This document shows, one piece after another, positions 1 to 8,848 of a DNA stretch of 53,673 nucleotides. Source of the stretch: Escherichia phage mEp515; sequence record PP180003; one strand, 5' to 3'. Position 1 is the stretch's first letter. Each line of letters opens with the position of its first letter. The translations under genes were made by a program, and so were the position numbers. Below the pieces are notes generated by a model. That model saw only the letters and a list, made by a program, of their open reading frames with translations. It made no database searches and was not told the origin of the DNA.

Positions 1-149
1 TCCAGACAGTAACGATTCGTAGTGTTTAGTTGCGTTCAGACTGGTTAATGGATGATAGAAAATATCATTTAAATTCACTAAGTTACACATCAATCTTCCG
101 CAGATGTGTTTTAATCCGTTCGATGATGTTAATATCCGTTCAGATAAAA

Positions 150-172
150 TTGTGTACCAAATCGTGACCAAA
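150..172. repeat. Left copy of flanking direct repeat (candidate attL core) TTGTGTACCAAATCGTGACCAAA
   Basis: 13/13 identical core TTGTGTACCAAAT plus GACCAAA shared with 53582-53604 (21/23 overall); lies 14 nt upstream of int start. Confidence 0.45.
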
Positions 173-185
173 AAGAGGTGTCATA

Positions 186-1400
186 ATGCTGACGGATACG
201 AAATTACGCGCAATAGCAAACAAGCCATATGACGGCCCGAACGAGATAGCAGATCGCGACGGCTTGTCTGCAAGGGTAAGCCCGAAAGGGAAAATAACTT
301 TCCAGTTCAGGTACAGGTTCAACGGTAAGCCTGTAAGGATGAAGATCGGCGATTACGGCAGCATGACGTTAAAAGATGCACGCTACGCGGTTGCAGAATA
401 CAAAGAGCTATTAGCGAAGGGGAAGAACCCAACTGTTTCAGTAAAGCAAGCGATAAGTTTTGAGCGTGGCAAATTAACGATAAGCGCCATTGTGAGCGAC
501 TATTTATCTCTGCCAAACGTTATTAAGCTGGTTGCATATAATGACGTCAGGAGCGCGCTTAAGCGTCATGTTGTCGATAAATTCGGTGAGTATATTGCCG
601 ATGATGTCAGCACGAAACAATGGATGGATATGTTTGGTGAGATCACTGCGGCGGGCCACGCGGTTACGGCTGGCCTAATACTTAAGCGAATGAAGATTGT
701 TGTGAACAGTGCTATCCGGCGCGGGCTAATGACCAGTACGGCGATAAACAACATCAGGGTTATTGACGTTGGCGAAAATTATGCGGTTGGCGAACGTTAT
801 TTATCATGCGATGAAATAGGCCATTTCTGGCGAACGGTGGATGATTCGCAGATCTACCGTCAGAACAAGATAGCATTAAAGCTATTGTTGCTCACCGGGT
901 GCAGGGTGGGAGAATTGCAGAAAATGCGGAGGGAACACCTCGACCTGGATAACGGTGTGTGGACCGTTCCGGCAGCGGTGGCGAAGACAAGGAGTGAAAT
1001 CAGGCGTGGATTATCTGATCTGTCAATAGAAATGCTCAGGGAGGTATTAGCCTCCCATGAGTATGATTATGTGTTCCCGCCAGTGATTAACGGCGGTAAC
1101 AGGCCAGTAAACGCATCAGTGATAAAAGTAGCTGCAATCTTCGTGCGTAAAAGAATGGGCGGTAAGTCGTGGTCCTGTCACGACCTCCGCCGGACGTGCA
1201 GGACGCACCTGTCAGCCATAGGTGTTCCGGTACATATCGCGGAAAAGATTTTAGGCCACTCACTAAGGGGAATTCTGGCGGTGTACGACAAATATGATTA
1301 TCTTGATGAACAAAAGGATGCGCTAAATAAGTTTGCGGATTATGTATTATCTTTGGCTGACGTCAAACCAATCTCATCAAAGAACCGCATTACATCCTGA
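186..1400 (+). CDS. int: Tyrosine recombinase / phage integrase (P4-type, N-terminal DUF4102-like arm-binding region)
   Basis: 404 aa; N-terminus LRAIANKPYDGPNEIADRDGLSARVSPKGKITFQFRYRFNGK typical of P4-family integrases; C-terminal HDLRRT box and catalytic Tyr region; SD AAGAGGTG upstream of ATG. Confidence 0.9.
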   Translation: MLTDTKLRAIANKPYDGPNEIADRDGLSARVSPKGKITFQFRYRFNGKPVRMKIGDYGSMTLKDARYAVAEYKELLAKGKNPTVSVKQAISFERGKLTISAIVSDYLSLPNVIKLVAYNDVRSALKRHVVDKFGEYIADDVSTKQWMDMFGEITAAGHAVTAGLILKRMKIVVNSAIRRGLMTSTAINNIRVIDVGENYAVGERYLSCDEIGHFWRTVDDSQIYRQNKIALKLLLLTGCRVGELQKMRREHLDLDNGVWTVPAAVAKTRSEIRRGLSDLSIEMLREVLASHEYDYVFPPVINGGNRPVNASVIKVAAIFVRKRMGGKSWSCHDLRRTCRTHLSAIGVPVHIAEKILGHSLRGILAVYDKYDYLDEQKDALNKFADYVLSLADVKPISSKNRITS

Positions 1401-1570
1401 TAGCGATACATGACGCCACGCCCGGTCCCCAACACATCAACCGGGTCCGGGAATGGAGTTCCGTTTTCCTCCCACTTTTTACGCCATGAATAAAACGTTC
1501 CCCTGCTAATTCCGCCCAGCATACGGCAGATGGCAGGGCGACTAAGAAGAATTGTTGCCGTCTTATCCAT
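1340..1570 (-). CDS. AlpA-like excisionase / small DNA-binding regulator
   Basis: 76 aa; HTH segment LSRPAICRMLGGISRGTFYSWRKK resembles AlpA/Xis family; last gene of leftward operon, convergent with and overlapping int 3' end. Confidence 0.6.
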   Translation of the reverse strand: MDKTATILLSRPAICRMLGGISRGTFYSWRKKWEENGTPFPDPVDVLGTGRGVMYRYQDVMRFFDEIGLTSAKDNT

Positions 1571-2229
1571 TATTTACCCCCCCCCGTGTATTCAACGTGT
1601 GCGATACAGCCATCAATAATTGCTTGTGCCATGTTGCGATAATCGCACGAAAAATCATTGTCATGGTTAAAGTCAATCTCTTTTGCCGCGTCTTCACCAA
1701 TCACCTTAGTAGCCAGCGCAAACGCAATTTGTGACAGTGCTTTTTCTTTTGGATCTATCCATCTGCGATATTTAAACCCATTCCATCTGGCTGTTTCTTC
1801 GTGTTTACCATCCTTTCTAACAAAGATCCCTAACTCATCGCCAGTAAAAATATATTTAGCTACGCAGTACATAGGGGCAAATTCCCCTGGGTAAAATTCT
1901 AGCCATACATTTAACGGCGGTCTTTCTCCTGGCTGCCATTCCTCGACTTTCTGCTTATCGCAATCATGGCGCTCATCTTCGATTAATTCATCAATGATTT
2001 CACTTTCTTTATTCATGCCGTCATCATCCTTATTCGATAAATCATCGTATTTTTCAAATTTCCAGCCTGAAGCCATAGCCGAATAAGTGCTGCCATTGTC
2101 AGCACGGATACCTAATAAATAGTATGTTCCGAAATTATATTCTGTGCGGCATGTTGCCACCTCAAACGATGGGTAACACTCAGGGTTAGCGCGATGACTA
2201 ATCACGCCAATTGCTTTAAGTTTATTCAT
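1570..2229 (-). CDS. Hypothetical protein (acidic, 219 aa)
   Basis: Long ORF with GAGGA SD; stop overlaps downstream start (TAATG coupling); no recognisable motif. Confidence 0.5.
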   Translation of the reverse strand: MNKLKAIGVISHRANPECYPSFEVATCRTEYNFGTYYLLGIRADNGSTYSAMASGWKFEKYDDLSNKDDDGMNKESEIIDELIEDERHDCDKQKVEEWQPGERPPLNVWLEFYPGEFAPMYCVAKYIFTGDELGIFVRKDGKHEETARWNGFKYRRWIDPKEKALSQIAFALATKVIGEDAAKEIDFNHDNDFSCDYRNMAQAIIDGCIAHVEYTGGGK

Positions 2230-2243
2230 TTGCTTATCCTCAA

Positions 2244-2419
2244 TTACGCCACAGCTACATTGTCAACTTTGATAAAATATTCAGGGTGATTTTCTATTTC
2301 GTGCTGAAAGTGAGCGTGACATAATCGCCAATCACGCGCCTGGTTGTGAAAGTAATAAACGTATTCGCCATCAACCTTATACAAAATGCCTGTAGGTTTA
2401 GCCATGTAATAACTAACCA
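2244..2419 (-). CDS. Hypothetical small protein (58 aa)
   Basis: Not in ORF track (under 60 aa); GGGGG SD 6 nt before ATG; start abuts ninB stop. Confidence 0.35.
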
Positions 2420-2851
2420 TTATTGCCCCCAGCGTTTTATAAATTCCTCGTTCAACTTAGTGTCACCAGACCATTGAACATTATGTTCAGCGCCGAACGA
2501 GTAGATCAGTTCGATTAGTTCGCTAAATTCTGCTTTACTCATCCGGCTGGTTGACGTACCCAGCACAACAAAACCTGATTTATCCAGGTTAGGGACAACG
2601 CCATATTTCTTAAGTCCGGCAGTAAATACCGCCTTCCAGTCTTCCGGCGACAGCTTTTTTCCGTACCAATTAACCTGATCGCTAATGTCGGTTAACAGCG
2701 CCCATAAAAGGCTATTTTGACTAAGCGAGCGGGTTTTCTCCTGGATGGTAATTATCAGCGGGCTTTTGCTATCAGACTGGATCTCTCTTATCTGCCTGAT
2801 AGCGTTTTCTTTTACGGCGTCGTTTACTATTTCAAATCTAATTTGCCTCAT
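2420..2851 (-). CDS. ninB: NinB (Orf-family recombination mediator)
   Basis: 143 aa; strong similarity to lambda NinB in my recollection (LIITIQEKTRSLSQNSLLWALLTDISDQVNWYGKKL, GVVPNLDKSGFVVLGTSTSRMSKAEFSELIELIYSFGAEHNVQWS). Confidence 0.85.
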   Translation of the reverse strand: MRQIRFEIVNDAVKENAIRQIREIQSDSKSPLIITIQEKTRSLSQNSLLWALLTDISDQVNWYGKKLSPEDWKAVFTAGLKKYGVVPNLDKSGFVVLGTSTSRMSKAEFSELIELIYSFGAEHNVQWSGDTKLNEEFIKRWGQ

Positions 2852-3569
2852 GGTTAGATAACGCCTCGTTTATTCTATTTGATGCAATTTCGAAATATTT
2901 TTCATCCTTTTCTATGCCGATAAAACGTCGGTTAGTATTCATGCAGGCAACGCCAGTAGTTCCGCTCCCCATACAGTTATCAAGAACTAAATCACATTCG
3001 TTTGTATATGTTTTAATTAAATATTCCATAAGCGCAACAGGCTTCTGTGTTGGGTGCAGCTTCGCACTATCTCGCGGAAACTCTAGTACCGTAACTGGAT
3101 AGCGTTTTGCGCCACTCACCGTAGTTACAATACCCGATGGATTGTAATTAGTAGATGTTTCCCTCCCTTTTTTGCGTTTATACGGCTTAAATCCCTCCCT
3201 CATTTGAGGGTTGTAAGTTGGCCGCTTGTCATAGAACACCAACACGTTTTCATGATTCTTAAGCGGAACGCGTTTCGCGTTAAGAAACCCCGTTCCTGCC
3301 TCTTTGCGCCAGATCCACTCATACCGAAGCATACCAATATTTGACGCGCCTAAAACTTTATCAAACGGAGTCTGTGCAGTCAGCACGATTGCCCCACAGT
3401 TTATGCGCTTGTATTCATTCCATAAAGACGTCAAATCAATAACGCTATCCCATTTGTTCCGCGTAGTCCCATACGGCAAATCACACAAAATCAAATTAAC
3501 GCTACGATCTGGAATAGACTTCATCAACTCCAGGCAATCGCCTGGCAATAATGTAACATCTTTATTCAT
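2838..3569 (-). CDS. DNA methyltransferase, beta-class (N6-adenine or N4-cytosine)
   Basis: 243 aa; motif IV DLPY (ILCDLPYGTT) near N-terminus and AdoMet motif LDNCMGSGTTGVA near C-terminus; no partner restriction enzyme seen. Confidence 0.8.
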   Translation of the reverse strand: MNKDVTLLPGDCLELMKSIPDRSVNLILCDLPYGTTRNKWDSVIDLTSLWNEYKRINCGAIVLTAQTPFDKVLGASNIGMLRYEWIWRKEAGTGFLNAKRVPLKNHENVLVFYDKRPTYNPQMREGFKPYKRKKGRETSTNYNPSGIVTTVSGAKRYPVTVLEFPRDSAKLHPTQKPVALMEYLIKTYTNECDLVLDNCMGSGTTGVACMNTNRRFIGIEKDEKYFEIASNRINEALSNHEAN

Positions 3570-3578
3570 GTTATAGCC

Positions 3579-3776
3579 TCATGACACACCGTTACTATTT
3601 TTCCATTGTGCCCGCGCATACATGATCGCCCGCAAAGAAATTAGACGAGAGCTTGTCATAAAAGCGCTTCTTAAGTACCTCATATCAACAACAACAGGCT
3701 TATCAGGATCGTCGCCGCGCATGTATTCAGCAATTGTGCTTAAGTCTTCCACGGTCAAATCTAATTCCCTATTCAT
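3579..3776 (-). CDS. Hypothetical protein (65 aa)
   Basis: ORF with AGGGGGG SD; within leftward operon. Confidence 0.4.
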   Translation of the reverse strand: MNRELDLTVEDLSTIAEYMRGDDPDKPVVVDMRYLRSAFMTSSRLISLRAIMYARAQWKNSNGVS

Positions 3777-3791
3777 GATCCAACCCCCCCC

Positions 3792-3998
3792 TTACACAAT
3801 CCGCATTGTGTTCCGTAATTCACCGCGCAACGCCTGCAAAGCGTAATGAATCGGCACAAAAGCCCGGTTAAATTTTACGTGCTTATACTTGCGCATTAGT
3901 GGCGGCGTATAAACCATCGTGCCGCAAGGATCGCATGTGAATTTAAAGTGAGATTCGTCAATAAACGTTTCTACTGAATAAAAAATTACCCGTCTCAT
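3792..3998 (-). CDS. Hypothetical protein (68 aa)
   Basis: ORF whose ATG overlaps upstream stop (ATGA). Confidence 0.4.
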   Translation of the reverse strand: MRRVIFYSVETFIDESHFKFTCDPCGTMVYTPPLMRKYKHVKFNRAFVPIHYALQALRGELRNTMRIV

Positions 3999-4552
3999 AA
4001 TTCCAACCCCGTTTCGCCGTTAAGTTTTTCAATCTCAAATATTGGTTTATCCGGTAGCAGGCCGTTATTTTTCCGGTATTCGTTCAGGAGGCTGTCAAAG
4101 TCAAACGCTAAATCATTAGCGTGACCGAATCGCCCTGGTTTAAACAGTGAGTAAAAATTAACCCCGTGCCTGTTTGGATCAACGCAAAGCGTTTCATCAA
4201 TCACCATTAAACGCAGAGTACGAGAAAGGTAATTCCACGGTATTCCCGTCTCAGCGCTAATGTCGCGCATACGCTTTTTAACGCTGTAGTCACTAAATAA
4301 CGACGCAACACGCTCACGACGTTCAGCATATAACTGTTTAATACGATAGCCCAGCAGACGGCGGCGGCGTCCAAAACATGTATATACGCGCTCGACGATA
4401 CCGTTTTTTATTAAGTGTTTAATTGTCTCAGGAAGTAACCCATCTTTATCATATCCAGCTAATAACCCCGTTTTATTGCGCAACTGGTGCATTGTTGCGA
4501 TGCCATCAAGTTCAAGGATATTGATAACTTTTGTTTCAAGTTCAGCGCTCAT
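3995..4552 (-). CDS. Hypothetical protein, possible winged-helix DNA-binding (185 aa)
   Basis: Start chosen at internal Met (MSAELETKV) preceded by GAGG SD; no catalytic motif. Confidence 0.45.
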   Translation of the reverse strand: MSAELETKVINILELDGIATMHQLRNKTGLLAGYDKDGLLPETIKHLIKNGIVERVYTCFGRRRRLLGYRIKQLYAERRERVASLFSDYSVKKRMRDISAETGIPWNYLSRTLRLMVIDETLCVDPNRHGVNFYSLFKPGRFGHANDLAFDFDSLLNEYRKNNGLLPDKPIFEIEKLNGETGLEL

Positions 4553-4631
4553 TGTTTTTAGCCTCGTTTTAAACGCGATAACAGCCACCAGAAAGCGGTA
4601 AACTTTCCGGTAAGCCGTTTGCTCATATTGA

Positions 4632-6047
4632 TTAAAAAGATGCGTTATTCTGGTTGTTTCGTTGGTTAAATCTGCCTGTGCGGTGATTCATAGACTGAAT
4701 ACACGCAGCAGCCGCGCGTGCCTGGTCGCATGGTAAAATGTTGCCGTTATCATCAAACCGCTGGTAAACAGTGCCAGATTTACCATGACGGTTTTTCGAT
4801 ACAATGATTTCCATATATTCGCGGGCTACAGACTGCTCATCGTAATATCCATCGCGGTAAACCATGATGATCCTGTCGGCATCTTGTTCAAGGTTCCCGG
4901 AATCGCGCAGATCTGAATTGTTAGGACGCTTGTTCGGTCGCTCCTCAACGCGGCGGGACAACTGCGCCAGCGCTAACACTGGAACGCGCAATTCTTTCGC
5001 CATCATCTTCAACGACCATGACAATTGCCCAACAGCGAGATCATGACGTTCGGCCTTAGCCAGTTTCATTAACCCGATGTAGTCAATCATTACCATACCC
5101 AGGTTTGGATGTTCCTGTTTCATCCGTTCCGTTGTGGCGCGTATTTCCTCAACCGTTAACTGCGACGCGTCAACGATCCACACATCAAGATTAGCAAGTG
5201 CGCTCATACCCTTGCCGACATGCGCCCACCCCTCATCATCAAGTTTTACCGGATTACGCAGGCAGTCTGTTGATAAATTACCAGCGCCAGCTATAGCGCG
5301 TTCAGTCATCTGATCGAGTGACATTTCAAGCGTGAAGAACAAAACGCCAACCCGCTGATCTTTACTGCCAGGGTAAGGGCGCTCAGCGGCAGCGCGGGCA
5401 ATTGTCAGCGCCAACGCAGATTTACCAGACCCAGGGCGTCCAGCTAAAAGCACCAAATCAGTAGCGTTAATGCCTCCCAACATCTCATCGAGTGGATCTA
5501 TCCCTGTTTTGATGTTGTCAGAATTAACACCGCATTCCATGCGCTTGCTTAAAACGTCCGTATATTCCTGTACCGCATCACGCAACAGAACAGGAATGAT
5601 CTTATCTTTCGTTACCTTTAATTTTGAATACCGGGAATCAAAATCTTTCATCGTCTCTTTGACGACCTCAAGCGTCCCCGTCTCCAGTTTGTAGCGCATA
5701 TCGTCGATGAGTTCCAACATCTGCCGCCGCTGGTGCTCTTCACGTAGTAGCTGTGCGTATCCCTTCAGGTTGGCAGCAGACGGGCACGATCTCGCCGTTT
5801 GCATTAGCGGTACAAAGTTTTCGTTGCCAATCTCATCGCCAACCAATAACGCGTCAATAAGATTCCTGTTTCTGGCTTGCGCCCTGATAATTTCAAACGC
5901 ACGTTTATACAGCGGAATCGTGAACACTTCAGGATCAAGAGTGGCGAGAACATCTTGCGCGTTAGGAGTAAGGCCGCCCAACAGCAGCCCACCGATAACT
6001 GACGCCTCACGTTCCTGCCGTAGTGAGTTTATTTGCTCAGTTACCAT
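4632..6047 (-). CDS. Replicative DNA helicase, DnaB family
   Basis: 471 aa; Walker A GRPGSGKSALALTIA, Walker B region VMIDYIGLM, DnaB-like N-terminal domain; strong GGAGGT SD. Confidence 0.85.
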   Translation of the reverse strand: MVTEQINSLRQEREASVIGGLLLGGLTPNAQDVLATLDPEVFTIPLYKRAFEIIRAQARNRNLIDALLVGDEIGNENFVPLMQTARSCPSAANLKGYAQLLREEHQRRQMLELIDDMRYKLETGTLEVVKETMKDFDSRYSKLKVTKDKIIPVLLRDAVQEYTDVLSKRMECGVNSDNIKTGIDPLDEMLGGINATDLVLLAGRPGSGKSALALTIARAAAERPYPGSKDQRVGVLFFTLEMSLDQMTERAIAGAGNLSTDCLRNPVKLDDEGWAHVGKGMSALANLDVWIVDASQLTVEEIRATTERMKQEHPNLGMVMIDYIGLMKLAKAERHDLAVGQLSWSLKMMAKELRVPVLALAQLSRRVEERPNKRPNNSDLRDSGNLEQDADRIIMVYRDGYYDEQSVAREYMEIIVSKNRHGKSGTVYQRFDDNGNILPCDQARAAAACIQSMNHRTGRFNQRNNQNNASF

Positions 6048-6081
6048 TATGTTATTACCTCCGGTTTACAAAATGGAAAAT

Positions 6082-6588
6082 TCAGGGTAAAGAAATACCG
6101 TGATTGCTATGAAAGTTATACATTCTTTCAGCTTCTTTTCTTGCTTTTACGGCATCATCAAATGAGTCACCGTAATAAACGTACATTGTTTTCTTTTTCC
6201 CATCAGACCCCCTTATACCTATTTGCGCCCGCCATTTATGGGTTTTCTTGTTCCACGTAACGCCAACGCATCCGCTAGTATTACTTGATGGCATTGTTTT
6301 GTTTCTGTTATTCTCCTTCCTTGTCACTATCCTTAAGTTTTCGATTCTATCGTCACCAGGTACATGATTTATGTGATCTATTTCCATTCCATCAGGAATA
6401 GGGCCGTTAAACATTTCCCAGATAATGCGGTGACGCCATGTGCAACAAATACCATTAACGCGTATAGTCCAATATCCGCGATAATGTTTACATCCAGCCA
6501 CGCTACCTGCTTTTATTTTGTTATTTGCACGGTTACAAGACCAATATAGAACGCCGTCGCTATATGTAAATAAATCATCCCACATCAT
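6082..6588 (-). CDS. HNH homing endonuclease with AP2-like DNA-binding domain (copy 1 of 4)
   Basis: RIIWEMFNGPIPDGMEIDHINH...NRIENLRIVTRKENN HNH motif then AP2-like C-terminus; start set at internal Met matching paralog N-termini (MMWDDLFTYSDG); ORF-track extension to 6690 overlaps upstream gene. Confidence 0.75.
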   Translation of the reverse strand: MMWDDLFTYSDGVLYWSCNRANNKIKAGSVAGCKHYRGYWTIRVNGICCTWRHRIIWEMFNGPIPDGMEIDHINHVPGDDRIENLRIVTRKENNRNKTMPSSNTSGCVGVTWNKKTHKWRAQIGIRGSDGKKKTMYVYYGDSFDDAVKARKEAERMYNFHSNHGISLP

Positions 6589-7705
6589 GACACCCAACCA
6601 TTTCAGGCCTATATACAAAGCGACCAATTTCGCCATAATCAGGGCTGTAAATGATAACCGCCGCGCAACGTTGCGATCTCCAGCCTCCATTAGTTGAATA
6701 AGCGTCTTTTCCCGCTAACGTGCCGTGGTGTTCAACTATGCCTATAGATGATTCTGTTACTGATTTATGGTGCAAATGTCCGACATGGACGTAAACATAT
6801 TTCGACTTGCCAAAATCCTCACGCCAGTCAGCTACGCAAGCAGACAATAAATTTTCAGGCTTTTTGATAGTGTGCCCGTGGTGGTAAGCAAGGAATGTTT
6901 TTCCGTACTGTGTGTGGTGGACGATGGCAGGGGACACATCAACCGTCACGCGCGGTTCATCTTCGTAAAAAGCCGCCAGCGCCGCACGTAGCCAGATCAT
7001 TCCTGACTGGTCGTGATTGCCGGATAACACCTGGATTTCAACATCCTTATGATTTAATAACATCTTCCCTACCGCCCGCCGGACAGACCGGATCGCTACA
7101 TAAACAAGTTTTGCGTAGCGACTATCTTGATCAAGAATGTGCCCGCTTGTTGGTGTCACCGGGACCATACCGTCAGAATGAAGTAGATCGCCACCGAGGA
7201 GCAGTACTGCTTTTTCAGACATAGGAGCAGCGCCAACCGCGTAGTCAAAGAAGTCATTCAACACGCGCTCAGCGATCCCAGTATCGTAGCTCTCACCGCA
7301 TTCAGCTTTATGAGCAAGTGCCCCGATATGCAGGTCAAACACCGGATAAAGAGCCAGGCTTTTTTGAAAATCAATTTCCGGCACTGGCACAGCCTCCGCG
7401 CGTGGTATTTCATCCGTGAAAGCGTCGCGGGCCGCTTCCATTAACTGTTCCATTTCGTCGCGGTCACGGGCTGTTTTAATCCAGCGCATGATCACATTGC
7501 CATCCTTATCGACTAGCAACGACTCGCCATTAACACCAAAACCAGGAGCGCGGCGCGTTGATAATAAACCGCGTTTTGCCAGTTTTGCTCCCAGGCGTTC
7601 GACATTGCGTTTAGACATGCCGTACTTTTCAGCGATCTGTTTGTACGTTAATCCGTTGTTATATTCAGCGATCAATTGCTCATCACTGATTTTTCTTTGC
7701 GACAT
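6575..7705 (-). CDS. HTH domain fused to calcineurin-like metallophosphoesterase
   Basis: N-terminal HTH (LTYKQIAEKYGMSKRNVERLGAKLAKRGLL); phosphoesterase motifs DLHIG, GDLLHSDG, GNHD, GHLHH; ATG at 7705 preceded by GGAGGG. Confidence 0.6.
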   Translation of the reverse strand: MSQRKISDEQLIAEYNNGLTYKQIAEKYGMSKRNVERLGAKLAKRGLLSTRRAPGFGVNGESLLVDKDGNVIMRWIKTARDRDEMEQLMEAARDAFTDEIPRAEAVPVPEIDFQKSLALYPVFDLHIGALAHKAECGESYDTGIAERVLNDFFDYAVGAAPMSEKAVLLLGGDLLHSDGMVPVTPTSGHILDQDSRYAKLVYVAIRSVRRAVGKMLLNHKDVEIQVLSGNHDQSGMIWLRAALAAFYEDEPRVTVDVSPAIVHHTQYGKTFLAYHHGHTIKKPENLLSACVADWREDFGKSKYVYVHVGHLHHKSVTESSIGIVEHHGTLAGKDAYSTNGGWRSQRCAAVIIYSPDYGEIGRFVYRPEMVGCHDVG

Positions 7706-7738
7706 AATGTTAATCCCTCCAGTCAACAAAATGTATAC

Positions 7739-8482
7739 CTACTTACACGCGAAAAGTTCAGACACCCAAAGTTGACCCTTAGCAGTAAATAGTGATTGGA
7801 CGTAACCTTCAGTCGAACATTTTACCACTCCATAGCCTTTGTCTACGAACCACTGTTTGAACATACGCCCGCCTCGCTTAATTCGCGTATCGTACACGTC
7901 AACCTGTTCAAGTTTTTTGTTGAGTTGCGTAGCAGTCATACCCAAAGGCTTGGCAACCTGTGTAGCGTTGCGATGCTGTTCGTTTTTTGCAATAGCATTA
8001 TAAACAGCCGCTTTCGGTGCTAATTCCTTATTTTCCAGCGCCAGACGATCAACTTCTTTCTGTGCTAATAGTTTTTGCTCTACCTCATCAGCCCATGCGC
8101 GAGCCGCCGCCACCGGATCAGTGAAATCCGGCAAAGCTGGTCTAAAACCGTAATGTCCATTTTCACGCAAAGCAGGGAGAACATCCTCGCACACCCAATC
8201 CTGGAAGCGCTCAGCTAATTCTACTTTTGATCGCATCACCAGACGGTAAACATCTGATTCATGAATTAGCGTTACGCCTTGCGGAATTGGTTCAAAACCC
8301 AAACGCCCCATTTCAGGGCATTTAATTTTAATCAATGACTTACAGTGTTCCCTTATAGCGTTTTGCGGCTTTGCGTACCCAAGCGCCCGCGCCACATCCA
8401 TTGCAACAAAAGCAGGTTTACCATCATAAATTACAGCAGTGATTTTATTGTCATCAAAATTAAAGCACATCAACTCAGACAT
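7739..8482 (-). CDS. Phage antirepressor (Bro-N domain plus KilA-C-like domain)
   Basis: N-terminus MSELMCFNFDDNKITAVIYDGKPAFVAMDVARALGY is Bro-N-like; start at internal ATG 8482 with GGAG SD. Confidence 0.7.
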   Translation of the reverse strand: MSELMCFNFDDNKITAVIYDGKPAFVAMDVARALGYAKPQNAIREHCKSLIKIKCPEMGRLGFEPIPQGVTLIHESDVYRLVMRSKVELAERFQDWVCEDVLPALRENGHYGFRPALPDFTDPVAAARAWADEVEQKLLAQKEVDRLALENKELAPKAAVYNAIAKNEQHRNATQVAKPLGMTATQLNKKLEQVDVYDTRIKRGGRMFKQWFVDKGYGVVKCSTEGYVQSLFTAKGQLWVSELFACK

Positions 8483-8613
8483 TGTAATTTCTCCGTAAAA
8501 CGCTCTACAACGCAAAAATCCCACCGCGTAACACGTTTGCACATGTTGCAGTGTCTTATTGCGCCAGAGGCGCTATCAGGTGGCTAATTTTTATTTACAG
8601 ACTGGTAGGTAGG

Positions 8614-8715
8614 TTATGGATTGACAAGAAGGAACAAACCGCCGAACAACGCTACGTTAACAGCGATTGCCGCAGCGATAGCAAATGCCAGGGCGAAAAC
8701 GTGTTTACCGTCCAT
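8614..8715 (-). CDS. Small hydrophobic peptide (33 aa, MDGKHVFALAFAIAAAIAVNVALFGGLFLLVNP)
   Basis: Single predicted TM helix; AGAGGA SD; preceded by the same 22-nt element found upstream of the antirepressor. Confidence 0.3.
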   Translation of the reverse strand: MDGKHVFALAFAIAAAIAVNVALFGGLFLLVNP

Positions 8716-8848
8716 TTTAAAATCCTCTCTAAAACGCTCTATAACGAGCTAAATAGCTAAAGGTATGCAAGTGTAGCACCCAATGCTTTTTAGCTCGCTG
8801 GTGAGCTTGTTTTGCGGGTAATTTTGTGTTTTTGCGGATCGTGGTTGG

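Noticed and set aside
1-185. Possible tRNA or tmRNA 3' end at the left junction, as expected for a P4-type integrase
   Set aside because: No T-arm/acceptor-like sequence (GGTTCGAnTCC...CCA) in the first 185 nt or at the right end; the flanking repeat is AT-rich and not tRNA-like.
6589-6690. N-terminal extension of the AP2-HNH ORF (track ORF 6082-6690)
   Set aside because: The extension overlaps the upstream phosphoesterase gene in another frame; all paralogs begin at the conserved M..W.D.F.Y motif, so the internal start at 6588 was preferred.
8551-8760. Plus-strand 69-aa ORF
   Set aside because: It lies antisense to the antirepressor leader and the 33-aa peptide gene, has no SD, and runs against the operon.
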